DNA of 64,000 bases from Pseudonocardiales bacterium (lineage in GTDB: Bacteria > Actinomycetota > Actinomycetes > Mycobacteriales > QHCD01), in contig QHCD01000006.1 in the NCBI GenBank assembly GCA_003244255.1, forward strand, positions 18,894 through 82,893, read 5' to 3'. The notes below the pieces were generated by a model, which did not search any database, was not told the DNA's origin, and saw only the letters and a program-made list of their open reading frames with translations. Numbering within the stretch: position 1 is the stretch's first letter; each line of letters opens with the position of its first letter. Of this stretch, positions 63,412 to 64,000 are shown one piece after another. Both the position numbers and the translations under genes were made by a program.

Positions 63412-64000
63412 GACGCGCTCCTCTGCACGGTGATCCGTTCGTCCAACAGCCGCTTGGCCTTCAGCTCGAATCGCGGCAACGTATCTGGCGGGGCCAGCGC
63501 GACGCGGAAGTTCAGTCCCTCGTGTGCCGCCGCCAGCTCCTTGTGCAGCCAGTCCGAGAGCTCCGGCCAGCGCGGGTCGTCGCCGGTCTGCCCGGAGAGC
63601 TCGACCAGCAGGGCGATCTCGTCGCGGATCTGCTCGGTGGTGATGCGGATCTGGAACTCCTCGATCTCCGGGCGGTGCCGCACGATCGCCTCGACGGCGC
63701 GGGCATAGACGTTGGTGCCGCGCACCTTCGTCATGTCATCGACGCGCCCCCGCACGCCGCCGTCGTAGATGTCGAATGTGCGTCCGCATGAGCATCGGTT
63801 CGCCGGCACCTTCACGACCAGATCGGCCGTGCGGTAACGGATCAACGGGATCATGCTCCGCCCGAACGACGTCACGACGCGCTCGCCGGGTTCGCCGTAA
63901 CCGACCGGCTCACCGGTCGCCGTATCGACGACCTCCTCGAGCACGTGGTCCTCGATGATGTGCGCGCCGCCGGGCTGGTGCGAGCATTCGAACATGAAGA
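63408..64000 (-). CDS. Phenylacetate-CoA ligase-like (PaaK/F390-synthetase family) adenylate-forming enzyme, C-terminal part (5' end beyond the window)
   Basis: It has HIIEDH...E.VD..TGEPV..GE.GE.V.T......P.IRYRT.D........C.CGRT......G..GR.DDM.KVRG.NV.P..VE, typical of PaaK-type ligases. Confidence 0.8.
   Translation of the reverse strand, partial: FMFECSHQPGGAHIIEDHVLEEVVDTATGEPVGYGEPGERVVTSFGRSMIPLIRYRTADLVVKVPANRCSCGRTFDIYDGGVRGRVDDMTKVRGTNVYARAVEAIVRHRPEIEEFQIRITTEQIRDEIALLVELSGQTGDDPRWPELSDWLHKELAAAHEGLNFRVALAPPDTLPRFELKAKRLLDERITVQRSAS

Noticed and set aside
1-64000. Search for rRNA, tRNA, CRISPR arrays, IS elements, integrases and prophage genes
   Set aside because: By eye I found no T-loop/anticodon-arm-like cloverleaf candidates, no regularly spaced direct repeats, and no transposase or integrase-like translations. 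A tRNAscan/Infernal run would be needed for certainty.

Overview
High-GC (roughly 70%) actinobacterial chromosomal segment, densely coding, with about 65 CDS, mostly core housekeeping genes. As I remember it, the gene order from about 31 to 55 kb resembles the Mycobacterium tuberculosis Rv1201c-Rv1232c region: fdxA-dapC, dapD/dapE, LOG genes, folP, tag, DUF3117, glgA/glgC, O-methyltransferase, sigE-rseA-htrA-tatB, mrp, DUF1003, mgtE-like. This suggests a Mycobacteriales-like or related actinomycete and should be verified by alignment. Other recognisable blocks are rmuC/ychF, an Sdh1-type succinate dehydrogenase operon, a five-gene Dpp/Opp-type peptide ABC transporter, pxpABC (5-oxoprolinase), trpS and pepC. 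I found no rRNA, tRNA, CRISPR, transposase or integrase. Many long ORFs in the supplied track are Arg/Gly/Pro-rich antisense or out-of-frame high-GC artefacts, and I trimmed several starts using motifs, RBSs and start/stop overlaps. The most unusual content is (1) a translationally coupled pair at 13.06-15.77 kb: a 104-aa helical protein with a C-terminal YxxxD motif followed by a 798-aa protein with an N-terminal WxG helical head and a roughly 680-aa region I cannot assign. It looks like a type VII secretion effector plus helper, but no ESX machinery is in view. (2) A PaaX-regulated CoA-thioester aromatic catabolic cluster at 56.9-64 kb, built around a bifunctional aryl-CoA hydroxylase/OYE reductase. 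Lesser items are (3) a frameshifted DUF222-HNH gene next to a 29-bp duplicated gene fragment, (4) a 26-bp-arm AT-rich inverted repeat between convergent genes, and (5) a secreted protein/lipoprotein pair of unknown function. Everything here comes from reading the sequence and from memory of protein families. No searches were run.
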